From positions 13,330,001 through 13,394,000 of the forward strand of contig NW_026889779.1 of NCBI RefSeq assembly GCF_033153115.1: a stretch of DNA of 64,000 bases, given 5' to 3'. The notes beneath the pieces are model-generated. The model did not search any database. It was given only the letters and a program-made list of their open reading frames with translations, and was not told where the DNA came from. This stretch comes from Saccostrea echinata. Taxonomy: Eukaryota. Below are positions 38,682-52,097 of this stretch, piece by piece. A program made the position numbers and the translations under genes. Position 1 is the first letter of the stretch; each line of letters opens with the position of its first letter.

Positions 38682-38880
38682 TTATAAACGACAAATGATT
38701 AATTCTCAATCTGTTTCTATGTATTTGTTCTATTAATTTACGGTCCAGTTAGATATCTGTAATTGAAAGTTTGATGTTTAGAAATGACATTTTTGCACAT
38801 GGTAGCAATTTCTAATCCTGAACATTTGCATCTCTTTTTTGTCTCATGATATCATTATCAATGTCATTTACTCATACCGC

Positions 38881-39033
38881 AGGTGCTTCCCTTGAAAGTT
38901 TGTAGTCCTGATGAAATGATGTCTACAAATGTCTACCCCTCTATACTATAAAATCAAAGTTGAATTTAAAGTATAGATGGGTAGACCAATGTAGAATTAT
39001 CATTTCGTCATCTAAACTTACACGGGAATGCCT
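38881..39033. repeat. Imperfect ~150-bp palindrome
   Basis: The left arm AGGTGCTTCCC..GATGAAATGAT..GTCTACCCCTCTATACT..TCAA pairs with the right arm TTGA..AGTATAGATGGGTAGAC..ATCATTTCGTC..GGGAATGCCT. Confidence 0.75.
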
Positions 39034-40561
39034 ATGCTCATAGGTGTTATCAACTTTATGGTTATAGATCTTAGGATTGTATTCTTTGAATTTGTTATGC
39101 TTAGCTCTACCTAATTTCAGTCTTGTAAATTAATGTCATACATATTTCCCATGTTCATGCAACTTTCTTATCCTTAAGTTAATAACTTAATTGGCTGGTC
39201 AGTATGAAAGTTGGCAGAATTGTCAAAGATTAGATGTGTGTGTTTGAGTTTGTATGTGAGTCAATGTACAAAATTTTACAAAAATTCAGTTTGTTTCTAA
39301 GATGCATTTGTGAAATTAGTAACAGTTTGAACTTATAATAAATTCTGAACTTTAAAACCATTTTACCTACCATTGCTTTATTTAGCTACTTGAAGTTAAA
39401 GTAGCTTTATTTTGTTTTCATTTCGATTAAAAAATTGTTGGGCTAATTAGCAATGTTTGGGCTCATAATTTTTTATTGATCAGTAGCCCCTGGGCTAGTG
39501 AGTTTTCCAGGAAAATTTCAACCTGTTTTAGAGGGGACAGGTCTTGATTTGTATTGGAATGAAATTGTAGTAATTTACATAGATAATAAAAATCTGGATA
39601 GCTTATAATAAATATACCACAGCAATTTATGTTCATATTGATTCCAAACATTGATTTCAAACTTCAGATTAAAAACAGTTGGACCATAGTTAGTTACTCA
39701 GGTGAAGTGTTGCGGCCCATGGTCCTCTTGTTGATTTGAATAAAGTTTGGTACACAATTAGATTACATTAGGATACTGTAAAATTATAGAATTTTATATA
39801 TAAGTTTTTGATCTAATTGAATGCTGTTGCCATGTCTACCATTAAGAGAATTTTTGTAAAATTCTTTCAATAAACTCTCCAATAGTTTGGTCCAATTTCA
39901 GTAAAACTTGATACAGTCAGTCAGTGGGAAAAAAACAAAGATGTTCAACAACTATTTCGTAAAAAGGCTTTTGAAATTGGGCATCCAAACTCAAAACTAA
40001 AGTGTTCACTGTAGTATAGTAAGGTGTATAAAAGATGTTTTTGTGGAAGTATTTAATTTAGGCAATGATTTAAGAAATAAAATGTCAGCTGTATGATGAC
40101 AAGTAGTTGGATAAAATGATTTTCAATCTTAAAATGTGTTAGATTCTTGTTATTACATTTTTGACTTAATTTAATGGTTTTTTTCCCATTTTGGTTTTTC
40201 CATTCACTGTCTTATGCCATATAATGTAATCAGTATTACACTGCTAAATTAGTACTTAATGAAAATAAATATAGACCAATTAATATTCTTTTTTTTTTTA
40301 AAAAAAGAAAAAAAAAAAGCAGAATATGTCATTTATTTTATTAATTAGATTACCCCAAGTATTTAATAGGAATTTACCTTAATTGATCTTCTTGGTTACA
40401 AATGACACATGTTATGTGTTACAGTGTACATAAATTATGACATTGTGAAGCACTGGAATACAAGGGATTTATCCAATGAATATTATCCCCTGTACATTAC
40501 TGTAAATCTAGATGTCAAATCAGCAAGTTTTAATTTTTTTGGTATACTTTTTAAGGTCAAG

Positions 40562-42196
40562 ATGTTTGGGAGACATTTGGCCATCACAGGGCCACGCCAG
40601 TTGAGGAACATTGCAGCTAGAAATCTTCATCTGTCTGGGGCTTCTTACCAAGCCACTGATCCTATCCAGCAATTATTTGTTACTAAGATTAGGGAGTATG
40701 CCAACAAGAAGAAACAGCTCAAGTAAGAATGAACAATTATCCTTGATTAATTTATTTGCAAATATTAAATTTGGGGATAGATATTGCACATTTTTAACAA
40801 TATCAAAGACTTCTTGGTGAATGTTTATTAGAGGTGCTGAAGTGTTACTAGTTATCTGGGGGTTAAGTCCATATTGAAGATACCTGATCAATTAGACTAA
40901 TACTTGCTACCAATAAATCTTAATTACTAGTGATTTTCAGGTTCAAAAATGCACAGTGTCAATAATACTGTAAATTTGTACCTCAGTTTAAGGTACTCTC
41001 TCACTTTGTTATGCTGCAATTACATTGTTTAGTGCTTTTCTTAAATCACATCATTTAGAAAAGAAAGCATGCTGAAAATCACAATAAAACAAATATACAT
41101 TTTGTAGTTGAGTCTTGTGGGATAACTAAATACAAAGACATAATATACATCTATTGAATGTGATATGACACTGTTAAAGTATAATAGTATATGACAGGAC
41201 AGCTGTGCTCTAATATTATTATTACTTTTCTCTGTTTCAGGCCAGGAGAGGTGTTGGTGGATGCTTCACCTGAAGTTATACAGAACTACAATGACAGTTT
41301 AAACAGAATCTATAAAATGCACAACCTAACAAAGGCCAATGCAACTGCTGTCCCTGACCTCAAATTTCAAGGTAAAATCATGTGTCAGAAGTTGGCAGCC
41401 TGCAATGAACAAATTAATCCTGTAAGGGAAGTAACTCTTGTAAATAAATAAATTAAACTTTTATGATGATAACCATCATCCAATGATCCATGCTCTCTTA
41501 TAGACGTGCATTGTTGAGTCCTACTCTTTTGAAAACATTTTATTGATTGTTCTGTAATTGAAATGACGATCGATTACTGCATAGTTAACTCATAAAGCTT
41601 CTTGGCAATATAAGAAAATATTTTATGTATATGATACGGTATACTTAAAAAAGTGTTTTATAAGGATATTAATTGTAAATAAATTTTTCAAATTAGTTTT
41701 AACTGCATTGGAAAAACTGAAGATTTTTAACAGAGGATTTGGAGATTTTTTAACTGCAAACAAAAATGAAAAAAAGCTAGTCTACATGTACATGTCTATG
41801 GCTATTAATTGTCAGTCTGGATGGTATGCATTCTAGTATATTTGCAAAATTTAGTAACTGAAAAATGTGAAGTAACTATGTGGAGAAGGAGAGAATTTTC
41901 CATTAAATTCATTTCTCTCAGAAAAAAGATTGAGATTGTTTCACAAATGCACAAACATAATGACTCATTTCAAGCCCATGTCTGTCAGATTTCATGAATT
42001 GTTCATTTCAGATAAAGCAGTCCAAGTTATTGAGCTTGATAGTGTAAGTATGGAAAATTTCACTCCAGAATTTCCGGAGGATAAGATAGATCTTTCTGCA
42101 GAGAACCCCAAGGTCGGTGACCTTCACATGCGAGTGTTAGGTTTTGATCCGGAGAGAAATGCTCCAGATGACGTTCCCTCAAAGATTGCAGCGTGA
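40562..42196 (+). CDS. ATP5PF: Mitochondrial ATP synthase coupling factor 6 (peripheral stalk subunit F6), 158 aa
   Basis: Exons 40562-40722, 41241-41371, 42012-42196, phase-consistent. Arg-rich presequence, then the signature DPIQQLFVTKIREY...LVDASPE...PDLKF. Confidence 0.9.
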
Positions 42197-43818
42197 ACTA
42201 AAGAGCATGTATAGAAAAACTTTAACATTTAATTCATATACAGTGACTTGATTTGTGCTGAAATAAGACTTTAATCAGTTGTTGTAAAGTATGAAGCTGT
42301 TGGTGTGACAGATGTTGGTTAGGAACATAGAGTAAAAATAAATCATCTGAACAGTTCTAATCTCTTGCTTTTTATGAAATGCTACTACCGAATTTACCTA
42401 TTACTGCAAGATTTCAATGTGAATATTCACATCACTGGATTAACTGATGTAAGGGGATGAACAGGTAGAGACAACTGAAAGAAATATTGCAAGTACTTCT
42501 CAACAGTATAGATGTTCTATAATGGAATGTATAATATAGACTGGCAATGACCAGTAAGCGATACTGCTGAGGCTAGCAAAGGTTTAGGATATTTTCATGG
42601 AAAGATGGGACTTTCACTCTCTGCTTATAGTTAGATGGCATTAGCCTCACCTATTTATATTTAGAAAATTCTGAATTTGCCTATAATTAAGTCTGTGGAA
42701 TTTCTAATGTAAAAGCTTTGATGACAGAATCACCATTTGACTGTGTGGGTTAAGACTTTTGGAAATCTATATTATCAATGGAAGTGGCATATTTCATTAG
42801 ATGTACTGGTCAAATGAGCCTTGGCATTTGCAAGGTGTTTTGTTTGTTGTTTAAAGTGCTATTAAATCTGTCATAAGCATTGTAAACTTGTTGGAAGACT
42901 ACATCAAGATGCACAATTCTATATAATGTGTATGTGGAATTTTTAGTGAGACACAAATAGCGATTTATCCCCCAAAATTGGTATATATTTTTAGCAAGAA
43001 GTAATTTTAGCAATTTTATAATGTCAATAAAGATAGCTATAACAACCGATACAGGATAAATTGTTAGCGATATTCAATTTGAGCGATCTCAAAACCCTCG
43101 CTAATAATGCCAAACTTGAATCCTTGCTAAAAATTCTGCTTATACAGTACATATGTATTGGTTTTTGATTTCATAGTGTTGCCATGTTTATTATAAATAA
43201 CATAGGGGAAAAAAATCTGTGAAATACTTTAAATTCTTTTAGCTGAAGTCTTAAAGATTACTGGTTTTACAAGCAATATTTATTCACATGGATATTTGCC
43301 AGGTTTTACTATATTTTAAAAATTATGTTTTTGCAGAATTTAAAAAAAAAAGGGGGTTGGGTCTTGGATATCCAATGACAGGGCAATAGACTAAGTCATT
43401 TAAGTTTTCTGTTGGCATTATATGATTTATATCCAAAATAAGCAAAAATGATATACTAGTTTATCTCAAGCTTTTGTCTTTCAAAAAGCTCTCAAGCTTT
43501 TGTCTTTCAAAAAGCTGTCAACATATATTTATCAGAGGAAGTAAAATTCATGGCATATAATTTTCATTAGGATGTATCTTCATGTGTTTATCCCCTGTGG
43601 AAAACATCTTTGATTTCATTCAACATTGTTTCTTAGTGAAGAGAATAATGTACAAGTGACCAAAAAAAAAATAAGAAGTCATTTGAGATGATCACTTAGC
43701 ATTTAATTGGAACACTGTGAATTCAGTAATTAAATATTGATCTGCAATTTACATATAATGAAAGTTGATACAATGGTATTTAGTCTCCACTGCACTTCCT
43801 GTTCCTTGAACTTTCTCA

Positions 43819-46284
43819 CTATGTCTGCACAGGTAGTCTTATGATCAGTGATGAATTGTTTTTGTTAAATTTCGCTGATGCATTAGAATCATCAATGAGG
43901 TAGGGAAAAGAAACATTCAGATGATACAGATCTTCCACTGTCAAGTCAATGTCATCCTGAGGAAGATAAATGAGGGTATTTCAACTTATTAAAAAACACA
44001 TAACAAATAACACATGTTTTTTTTAAATTGTATATTTAAATATGGCCATTTGAAATAGGTCAAGATTGACATTTAAACAATTTTACAGTAATTCTTTTGA
44101 TTTATTTAAAAAAGGAATCTTTTTTTTAAAATATATTTTCTATCACATATGTCAAGATTTTATATACATTGAAGATGGGGAAAAATAAAGGGAATGTGCT
44201 GAGTAGTAGACTTTTCTTTCTTCTTACCTCAGAAATATCAAGCTCACATTCTGACACTTTGTTCACTCCAGGTAATTTTATGGTTAGAATCAGCTCCTCT
44301 AAGTCTTTTTCTTTGAATTTCTCCTCCATATTGTACTCTGGGACTTTAACCTCCGATACTGGTTTCTGATTGGTTGAATTCATTTCCTGAATAAGATTCT
44401 GTTTTGTTGGCTTTTCTTTGCTTAGTCCTGGTAGCTGAATATTTGGAGTATTATTACTCTTTGCATTGTCCTCTGTAGATAAATTTGCTAATTTGTTCAA
44501 TAGAGAGTCTTTTGCACCACAACCTTGTAATCCAAAAGTTTTTTCCAGCTCTGAGAGCTGTTCATCAAACTCATCATCTTCATTCTGTTTCTGACTCTGG
44601 AATGCTTTTTGTAGACTTAGGATGTTGCCCTTAAATTTAGTTGTAGATGGTAAAATTGAAAAACTCCTTGATAGAGTGATTTTATGTTGATTGTGTACAT
44701 AGTCTATGGCTAAGTTTATAAGAGCAGTTCGATCCGATGAATTTTTACAGTCCATCCCGAATTCCTCCAAAATCTTTGGATTAAATGCAACTCCAGAGTA
44801 GGAAAAGTCTCCTGAAAATAATATTTTAAAAAAAAATCTTAGTAGATTATGTCTATGCACTTTGTGCATCCAAAAATGAAAAGCACTGTACAATATAACT
44901 TTTTTTGGTGAGTCAAAAGTTCGCGGTTTGAGTAAAAATGTAGGTTCATGGGGATTTGATTTTGTGGTTAAATAAATGTACTGCTGACACTGTAATTTGA
45001 CAATTTTACATTTTATGGAGGACATAAATTCCTGGGTCTCTTAATGTCACGAAAGCAATGCAAAGCAAACCCCACCAAAATTATAGTAATTACTAAATAT
45101 TTAGAGATTTGTGTAAATCTGTTTTATAATGTTACACATTTTTTTTTATACCATTCTCGTCCTTGTCCTGTAAGACTTTAGTTCCAGTAACAGGTATAGC
45201 ATCCTCAGGAGTCTTTGGCTCTGGGATTTTATTCCAAGAACAAAAATTAATGAAATATCTTCTCTTTGTACTCTGTAAAAACGAATGTGTATTTTTAACC
45301 TCAAATTAACCTATTCTGGAAAAAAGATAATTCAATAAACCAGGAATAAATGGATTAATTTTTCTTCCTAACTTACTGTGACCATTGTCATGACACACAT
45401 ATGGGGCTCTGCTGGTTTCATGTACTCCTTCCCTTCTGTCATATGTTTGTCAATAAAGTTTCTGTAAGCCTTTGGGATAAAATTTTGTCAATGTAATATA
45501 TGTATAAAATACATCTAGATTAGCACTATGTTTATGGTCAAAATAATTCCCAGCATTTTTGTCACTTTTTAGTATAAGTTTATATACCAGGAATCACTCA
45601 TTACACATGATTTTTTTTGTTAGAAAATAGCAGTATTAAGCAATGCATTTACCATGTTTACTCAAACAAAATTTTTTTTGTGTGTGCATATGTTTACTGT
45701 TTTATCCTCCTTATGGGAAACACTGATATTAACTACTTACTATTCACAAGTACTTTTATATGGAATGAATTTAAGTTGGGGCAGTTTATGCTTTATAAAC
45801 CGTGAAGTGGTTTATAAAAAAGCATAGGCCTAAACCGTTCCAACCCACTTTATACCGTATAAATTGGGTAGCTATTAATTTCATTGCCTTTACCAGGTAA
45901 TTTAATTTTCATTCACGTGTAACGTCAGGCAGATCGATACGTTTTTAACGCAAGTCATTGTGATGTAGGCAATCCAATTTATACAATATGAAGTAATTTT
46001 TTTATCCAATCAAATACTGCAATATAACTAGAATTAAATTATATCAAGATCAACTGGCATAAGATTACTCATACAATTCTTCTCAAAAACTTTAATGTTT
46101 GCTGTTGGATTATTTTGCAAAATTACATGTAAATAATTTTAAGATGTGACTTGCAGTATAGAATATGTATGGCTTGTATTAGATGTACCTGTGGATTATT
46201 TTCTGCCATTTCATCTAACATTGTCCATATATTTTGAGCCTGCTTCATCATGGAATCCCTATCTACACCATCAGGAACAGCCAT
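43819..46284 (-). CDS. PIH1D2: PIH1 domain-containing protein 2, ~343 aa
   Basis: Exons 46284-46189, 45469-45377, 45272-45152, 44811-44228, 43956-43819. N-terminal IWTMLDEMAENNPQAYRNFI..EGKE...PEPHMC, then FINFCSWNKIPEP and VAFNP. C-terminal CS domain IKLPGVNKVSECELDISED...ASAKFNK. Confidence 0.9.
45761..46050. repeat. Dispersed repeat with palindromic end; second copy inverted at ~63590-63958
   Basis: Shared blocks GGAATGAATTTAA, TTTATAAACC..GGTTTATAAAAAAGC, TTCCAACCCA, TTGGGTAGCTATTAA and GATACGTTTTT.ACG.AAGTCATTGTGA. Confidence 0.7.
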
Positions 46285-48757
46285 CGTTTTAATGAATGTG
46301 ATGCCAGAGATGAAAATATTAATATTGTCCCTTCTGAAACATTTAAAATAAGAGTATAATATATTCATTTCTACAAACCCATTCAAGACATAGACTTATG
46401 TTAAGTATTATACCATCATTCTATATTTTCAGAACAGTCCCCTTAAAGGAAACTTTAGCACATTGATTTTTCATTAACGTCAGTCTATTTCAGGTCAATA
46501 CTTACATGTAGAACAATATAAGTTCAATGTCCGACAAAAAACTAAATTCACATAGTTTTCATCAAGACTCCCACCCTCAGTTACTAAATGTGTTAATTGC
46601 TGATTCAAATTTGATTATTTAGTACTTATTTATATATTACACTGTAAATAATTTATATTTCCTTTGTTAATTGATATATCATATACAAAAAGCATGCATT
46701 TCAGAGACGTAAATAACAAATAAACATATAATCTCAAGTCATTTAAGTACTTTTTGTGCTATCATAGATGTCAATCATGTCAGACGACAAAAACTTTCTG
46801 GGTTCTTTATCCATCCTCCCCCGTTTGTTTGATTTTTTTCCCCAGACAACGATTGTTTGATCTTGTCCCTAAAATGCTTCACACAATGTCACGAGTCATG
46901 TACCCTATTCAGCTATTTTCATATCTCATTGAATAACTGTCTATAATTTGCGTATGTCTGATAGGATTCCAACACATTTTGGTTATTACCTGAGATCTAT
47001 ACGCCAAATATGTCTTATTTGAAAATCAACATGAAAACTTCGTGTCTCTTCGCGTCCATAACGATAAATGGTAATTTTTGTATGCCGAACCCGATTCTCA
47101 TAAATAACCAAAAATAAAGAAATGAAAAGATAACCAAAAATAAAGAAATGAAAATAAATATAAATAAATAAATATTTTATTATTTATGAAAAAAAATCAA
47201 TTAAAAAATGAATAAATAAATAAAATAAAATGAAATCGAATTGAATTAAATCAAATTAAAAATAAATTAAGAAAAACAGCCAGAAAAGATACATAAAAAT
47301 GATAGCATCGATCTACAAAACATCTTAACTGTACACACAGTTTTTTTGAAATACTGTGTACATTTTCTTAAATGGTCTATATTGGTACCCTGTTTTAATT
47401 GTTACCAACAAATTTAATGAGTTTTAATACCAGTTTCAATATGTGAATGAAGGATATTTTGAACGAGTTCTTTCCTGTATAGAAAATAACAGCCATCCCC
47501 ACCCCCGAGAAAAAAATACCATCAGACTAGCGACCTTAAACAGCATTGTTGAAAAAATATGTACAGAGGTGTCATGTATATAATGGTACATGTATTTTCA
47601 AAACTTACATTATTTCCAAGCGGCAAAGAATGTCACTGTGCGGAATACCATGTGTGCTTGTAATGAAAAAGCTGAAAGATTTTAAGTAGATCTTATACTT
47701 AGTTTTTAAAACAAAGTCTATGTAAAAAGAAATGGGTTAAAAAGCAGGCATATCTGCCCTTTCAAATAATACCAATTTATGTCTTGCATTATATCGTTTT
47801 ATCCCCCCTCCTCATCCGACTAAAACAATATTAGATTTAACATATATCAATATAGAATTACTTTTAATTTTTTAAGAGTGACCAGCGAGAACTGTTGAAA
47901 TATATTTATAATAATCTTCAATGGAATACATGTACTTCAGTGACCCTAATTAATTAATCTTGTACGCAGAGTTATACTTGTATAGTCCGCCAGATTTACC
48001 CAATTTCTCAAGTTTAATCAGTCTACTTGGCTAAATTCCCTATTATATGAATTAATTAGGCCTCTCCACTGTTAATTTTTTAATTCTCATTACTTTATAA
48101 ATATTAAAACAATTGAAGGTTACTTAAAGAATTAAAGTACAGACGAAATGTCACATAATCGTTTACGATACATGTAGTTTCATTGATTTGTAAATAAACA
48201 ATCAATTGCACGTGATTGTTCTACATTTATTGACCCAGTTACTGAAAAAAAAAGTTTCTAAAATTAAAAAAAAAAACATGTCAGTTGAGGTCGGTGTAAA
48301 CATATTAAACTTTTAAAGGGAGCATAATCCACTTAAAAAGAATAATATTTAACCAGGAGTTATTTCACGGCAAGAGAATATATGAATTCTTGTTCTTTCA
48401 TTAGAACTTCGTTCTACTCGGACTGCTTGTCTTGCCATTTTAAACAAAAAGAAAAGATAAGATTATGTGTTTTTTTTGTTTGCATTCTGTGTGAAATCAA
48501 TAGGTAATGCATTTAAATAACGTGTCAGTTGTTTTTGTCATTTGGATGGATAATTCACAATCGCTAGGGAAGCGGACACTTTCATTGTGACATACCGCAG
48601 TAAAAGTAACGGAACCTAACAACCACAGAGCAGGTATATTTGTCTCTTTCTCTCTTGAATGAGTAAATTACGTCTTAGTTAATTCTATAGGAATTATACG
48701 CACGACATTTTCCTGGATTTTTTTGCCCTCAATTTTTATTTATTTTTTATAGTTGGA

Positions 48758-49627
48758 ATGGAGAGTGCAATTGCTATTGTTCAAACTCCAACCGAAGAGT
48801 TTCATAGAAGAAGCGGTTTTAAGGACATCAAAAATATAAAACAAAGTGAAAAACCAGCCTTTCTTCGGTATTGCAGGAAGCACACATCGTCCTTACCATC
48901 AGACTGTAAGCCATGGAAAATATCGGACATAACTTTGCTCTCCCATGGTCGCTTTGCGATTGTGGACACTGCAAATACAAGGCTTAAAATTTTTACCCCC
49001 GATTTCGTGCACGTTACCAGTAAAATCATCTCTGACGATTCACACAGTCTTACAGGTTTACAAGAAGATAAAATATTCGTGATGGACAATACTTTGGTCA
49101 GTTACTATCTGTTCAGTGAAGGGAGACTAAGTTTAGAGGAAAGATTCGAATTGACTGGAATGCACTATGACATCTTAAGTGATGGAAACGTGCTTTTTCT
49201 AATTAAATTAACGACTTTAGATGTAAGAAATGACCAGTTTGAGACTCTAAAAACTATAGATTTCAAACCAACATTAGGATACACGCCAGATACTCTTAGG
49301 TTTGATAAAAATGAAAACATTATATTTTTTAATTGTGATACCTTTTCTATTGTAAGTTGGGATAAATTTCAAGCTGAAAAATGGCGCATAAATGACGTAG
49401 ATTCATGCATAAGTATTCACAACTATGGACTAGGCTGGATCCTAGTTGGTTTTGAGGACGTGATGTTTGTTGATTTACGAGGGCGTACTTCTGTGCAGTT
49501 TATTGGGGATCCTGAGATTGAGGACTACAGATGTTCTGTAATAGACTGTGAAAGAAATAAGCTATTTTTATCGGACAAAAGAAATGTATATGAGTATGAT
49601 CTGGAGGTGCAAAATGTAATGAAATAA
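48758..49627 (+). CDS. Uncharacterised 289-aa protein with NHL-like/beta-propeller repeats (resembles the C-terminal domain of bivalve B-box/TRIM-like proteins)
   Basis: Uninterrupted ORF. First blade ISDITLLSHGRFAIVDTANTRLKIF is NHL-like, followed by beta-rich ~40-aa segments. Acceptor just before the ATG (48751-48752) and donor CAG|GTATAT at ~48634 suggest a 5'UTR intron. Confidence 0.7.
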   Translation: MESAIAIVQTPTEEFHRRSGFKDIKNIKQSEKPAFLRYCRKHTSSLPSDCKPWKISDITLLSHGRFAIVDTANTRLKIFTPDFVHVTSKIISDDSHSLTGLQEDKIFVMDNTLVSYYLFSEGRLSLEERFELTGMHYDILSDGNVLFLIKLTTLDVRNDQFETLKTIDFKPTLGYTPDTLRFDKNENIIFFNCDTFSIVSWDKFQAEKWRINDVDSCISIHNYGLGWILVGFEDVMFVDLRGRTSVQFIGDPEIEDYRCSVIDCERNKLFLSDKRNVYEYDLEVQNVMK

Positions 49628-50683
49628 GTAATTCTGACTATATGTATATAGAAAAATTAATTTTAGTTTGTATATAAAAGTATCATTACACCATTGCTTT
49701 TTGTTAGTGATTTGCTACCACAAGCTTAAAATGCAATGATTATGGAATATGGATGAATATGGAATATGAAGATTATAATATGGACATTTTCTATTACTTG
49801 GCATTGAAAATATTTTGAAAGTGCAAAAAAGCAATTATTGCTTTATTGTTATTAAACAATTTTATGAGAATATATACCAACTGTGAATAAATTAACTACA
49901 TCTACAACATATGCATAGGCCTTCTAGGGTCTTTTTTTTTTGTTTGCAACAAAGGATTTCAGTTCTAAAACTCTTTGTTGTCAACCCCTTTTAAAGAAAC
50001 ATTTTGTTTCCTTTGTTACCAATGGTGGCTTAAGCTTCGCACTAGATAGAATCTGTTCTTTTAAATTACATGCACAATTATTTTACAATATTTTTTCAAA
50101 GAACCCAAGAATAAGATGCTTGTACATTCATTCCTAAACATAGCCACGGACCTCTACTGTGGGTTCATTCCGACTCTTTAGGCCATGTAGATTTCAATAT
50201 ACACTGTAAGAGGACACTCGAATTTTATAGGAATTAATGTCAGTCTGTTATTAATAAGAAGATTTAAATTTGAAATTTTAATAAAATACAAACATGACAA
50301 AGGAGACTTCAAATAAATTTTAAAGTCTGGCCAAGTGGATATAGAGGGTAATACTTTGCAATATTTCTTATACCACAATATCAACATTTTAAAATTTTGC
50401 AACTGAAAAAGCAAACGGTCTTTCATTAAAAAAAAAAAGAAAAAAAACTTTAATGAATGCATGGTTTTGTATCAGATAAATTACTTTCATTTAGATAAAT
50501 TTAAAGTCACAAAATTATTGAATTTCAAGATCAAGTACGTGTAATTTTGAAGTCCTTCACCTACATACGGTGACGTCTAATATGAGTGAAATAATCTTGC
50601 AAGAGAGGTAAAGCTATACAGAAAGTTCAGTCTATAATGTTAGTTTATAAATTGTAGTTCATCTATGACTTTAGTTTATAAAA

Positions 50684-51395
50684 TATTGAAATAACGAACA
50701 ATATTCAACTCTTAAATCCATGCATTCATACAATACAAACTAGGAGCAGAGCAAACGCAAACCTCTAAAACATCAGAGGTGGGATCAGGTGCCATGGAGG
50801 AGTGAGCATCCCCTGCCGACCGGTCAACCCGCCGTGTGTTCCTTGTCATGATCGATCGGGAAAAAAGGAAAAATCCACGGACAATTCAATGTGTAAACAA
50901 TGGCCTAACAATTACATGTAGTATGAAAAAGGTCAGTAAGCATTTGACTTAATGATAGATTGTATTTGCTGACAAGGTCATTGTATCGACCATAGAACTT
51001 GCGAAATGATGACTTTAAACGAGACTGTTAATATTCTTGTTTCATCTCTTGTTTGTCAATAGCTTGTCTCGTTTTAGAAATTGTTCGTACATAGAGCATG
51101 CTCTTGCGTATCGAATCAACTGAGAGACATAAATCCCGTATGCAGGTGATAAGGTTATATTGCTACAAAAGTAAGGAAAGTTGACGATTGAAAAGTTAAG
51201 GTCATCACGTTTATCATACAGCTTGGTTGTTAGGTTACATGTACCATGAACGTCTTTTGTAGTAAAATATCCAAGTATGGAACAGATGTGTCAGACTCTG
51301 TGGTATCTTTTATTTCAAGCTCTCAGGGATATATCGAGTCGACATATGAATAGAAGTAACTTTTGTTAATTGATAATACGTCGTCGACATATCTA
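50684..51395 (-). mobile_element. 5'-truncated Penelope-like (Naiad-type) retroelement fragment
   Basis: Minus strand reads RYVDDVLSIN...DSIYP..LEIKDTTESDTSVPYLDILL...KLYDKRDDLNFSIVNFP...SQLIRYARACS, followed by the conserved 3' module. Confidence 0.75.
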
Positions 51396-51975
51396 AGTTT
51401 ATAAATTGTAGTCTAAGATGTAAGTTTATAAATTGTCTTCTATGATGTTAGTATATGAATTGTCATACATGATGTAAGTTTATGAATTATCATCCATGAT
51501 GATTGTTTAAATAAATAAACATTTGTGATGTTAGTTTAAATTTATATTGCCATCTATGATGTTAGTTTATAAACTGTTGTTTATGATGCAAGTTTATACA
51601 TTATCTTTCATGTTAGTTATAATAAATTGATTTCTGTGATGTAAGTTTATACAAGTTTATGTAGTCATTAATGATGTTAACTCATAAATTGTTATCTATG
51701 GTGTTAGTTTATAAATTGTAATATGAGATGTTTGTTTATATATTATCATTTGTGGTATTACCGGTAGTTTATAGATTGATTTTTGTAATGTAAGTTTATA
51801 TATGATGTTAAATCGATTTCTGTGATGTTAATTTATATAAATTGTCGTCTACGATGTTAATTTATAAATTGTCATCTGTAATGTTAGTTCATGAATTGTT
51901 ATCTATTACTAGTAAAATTAACTTATTATTAACAAATATTCCAGTTTATAAATTGTCGTCTGTTATGTTAGTTAA
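51396..51975. repeat. 27-bp AT-rich minisatellite (also at 50630-50683)
   Basis: About 20 degenerate units of TGATGTTAGTTTATAAATTGTCATCTA. Confidence 0.85.
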
Positions 51976-52097
51976 GTTGTAATCCTTTATTAGCCGACCT
52001 AGCTGTTTTTTATATTCACATGAAACGGAATTTATTTTAAAAATTCTACTTGAGGAGAAAAAAATTGCTGTGGCTTTAAGTCAACATATGAATATAT

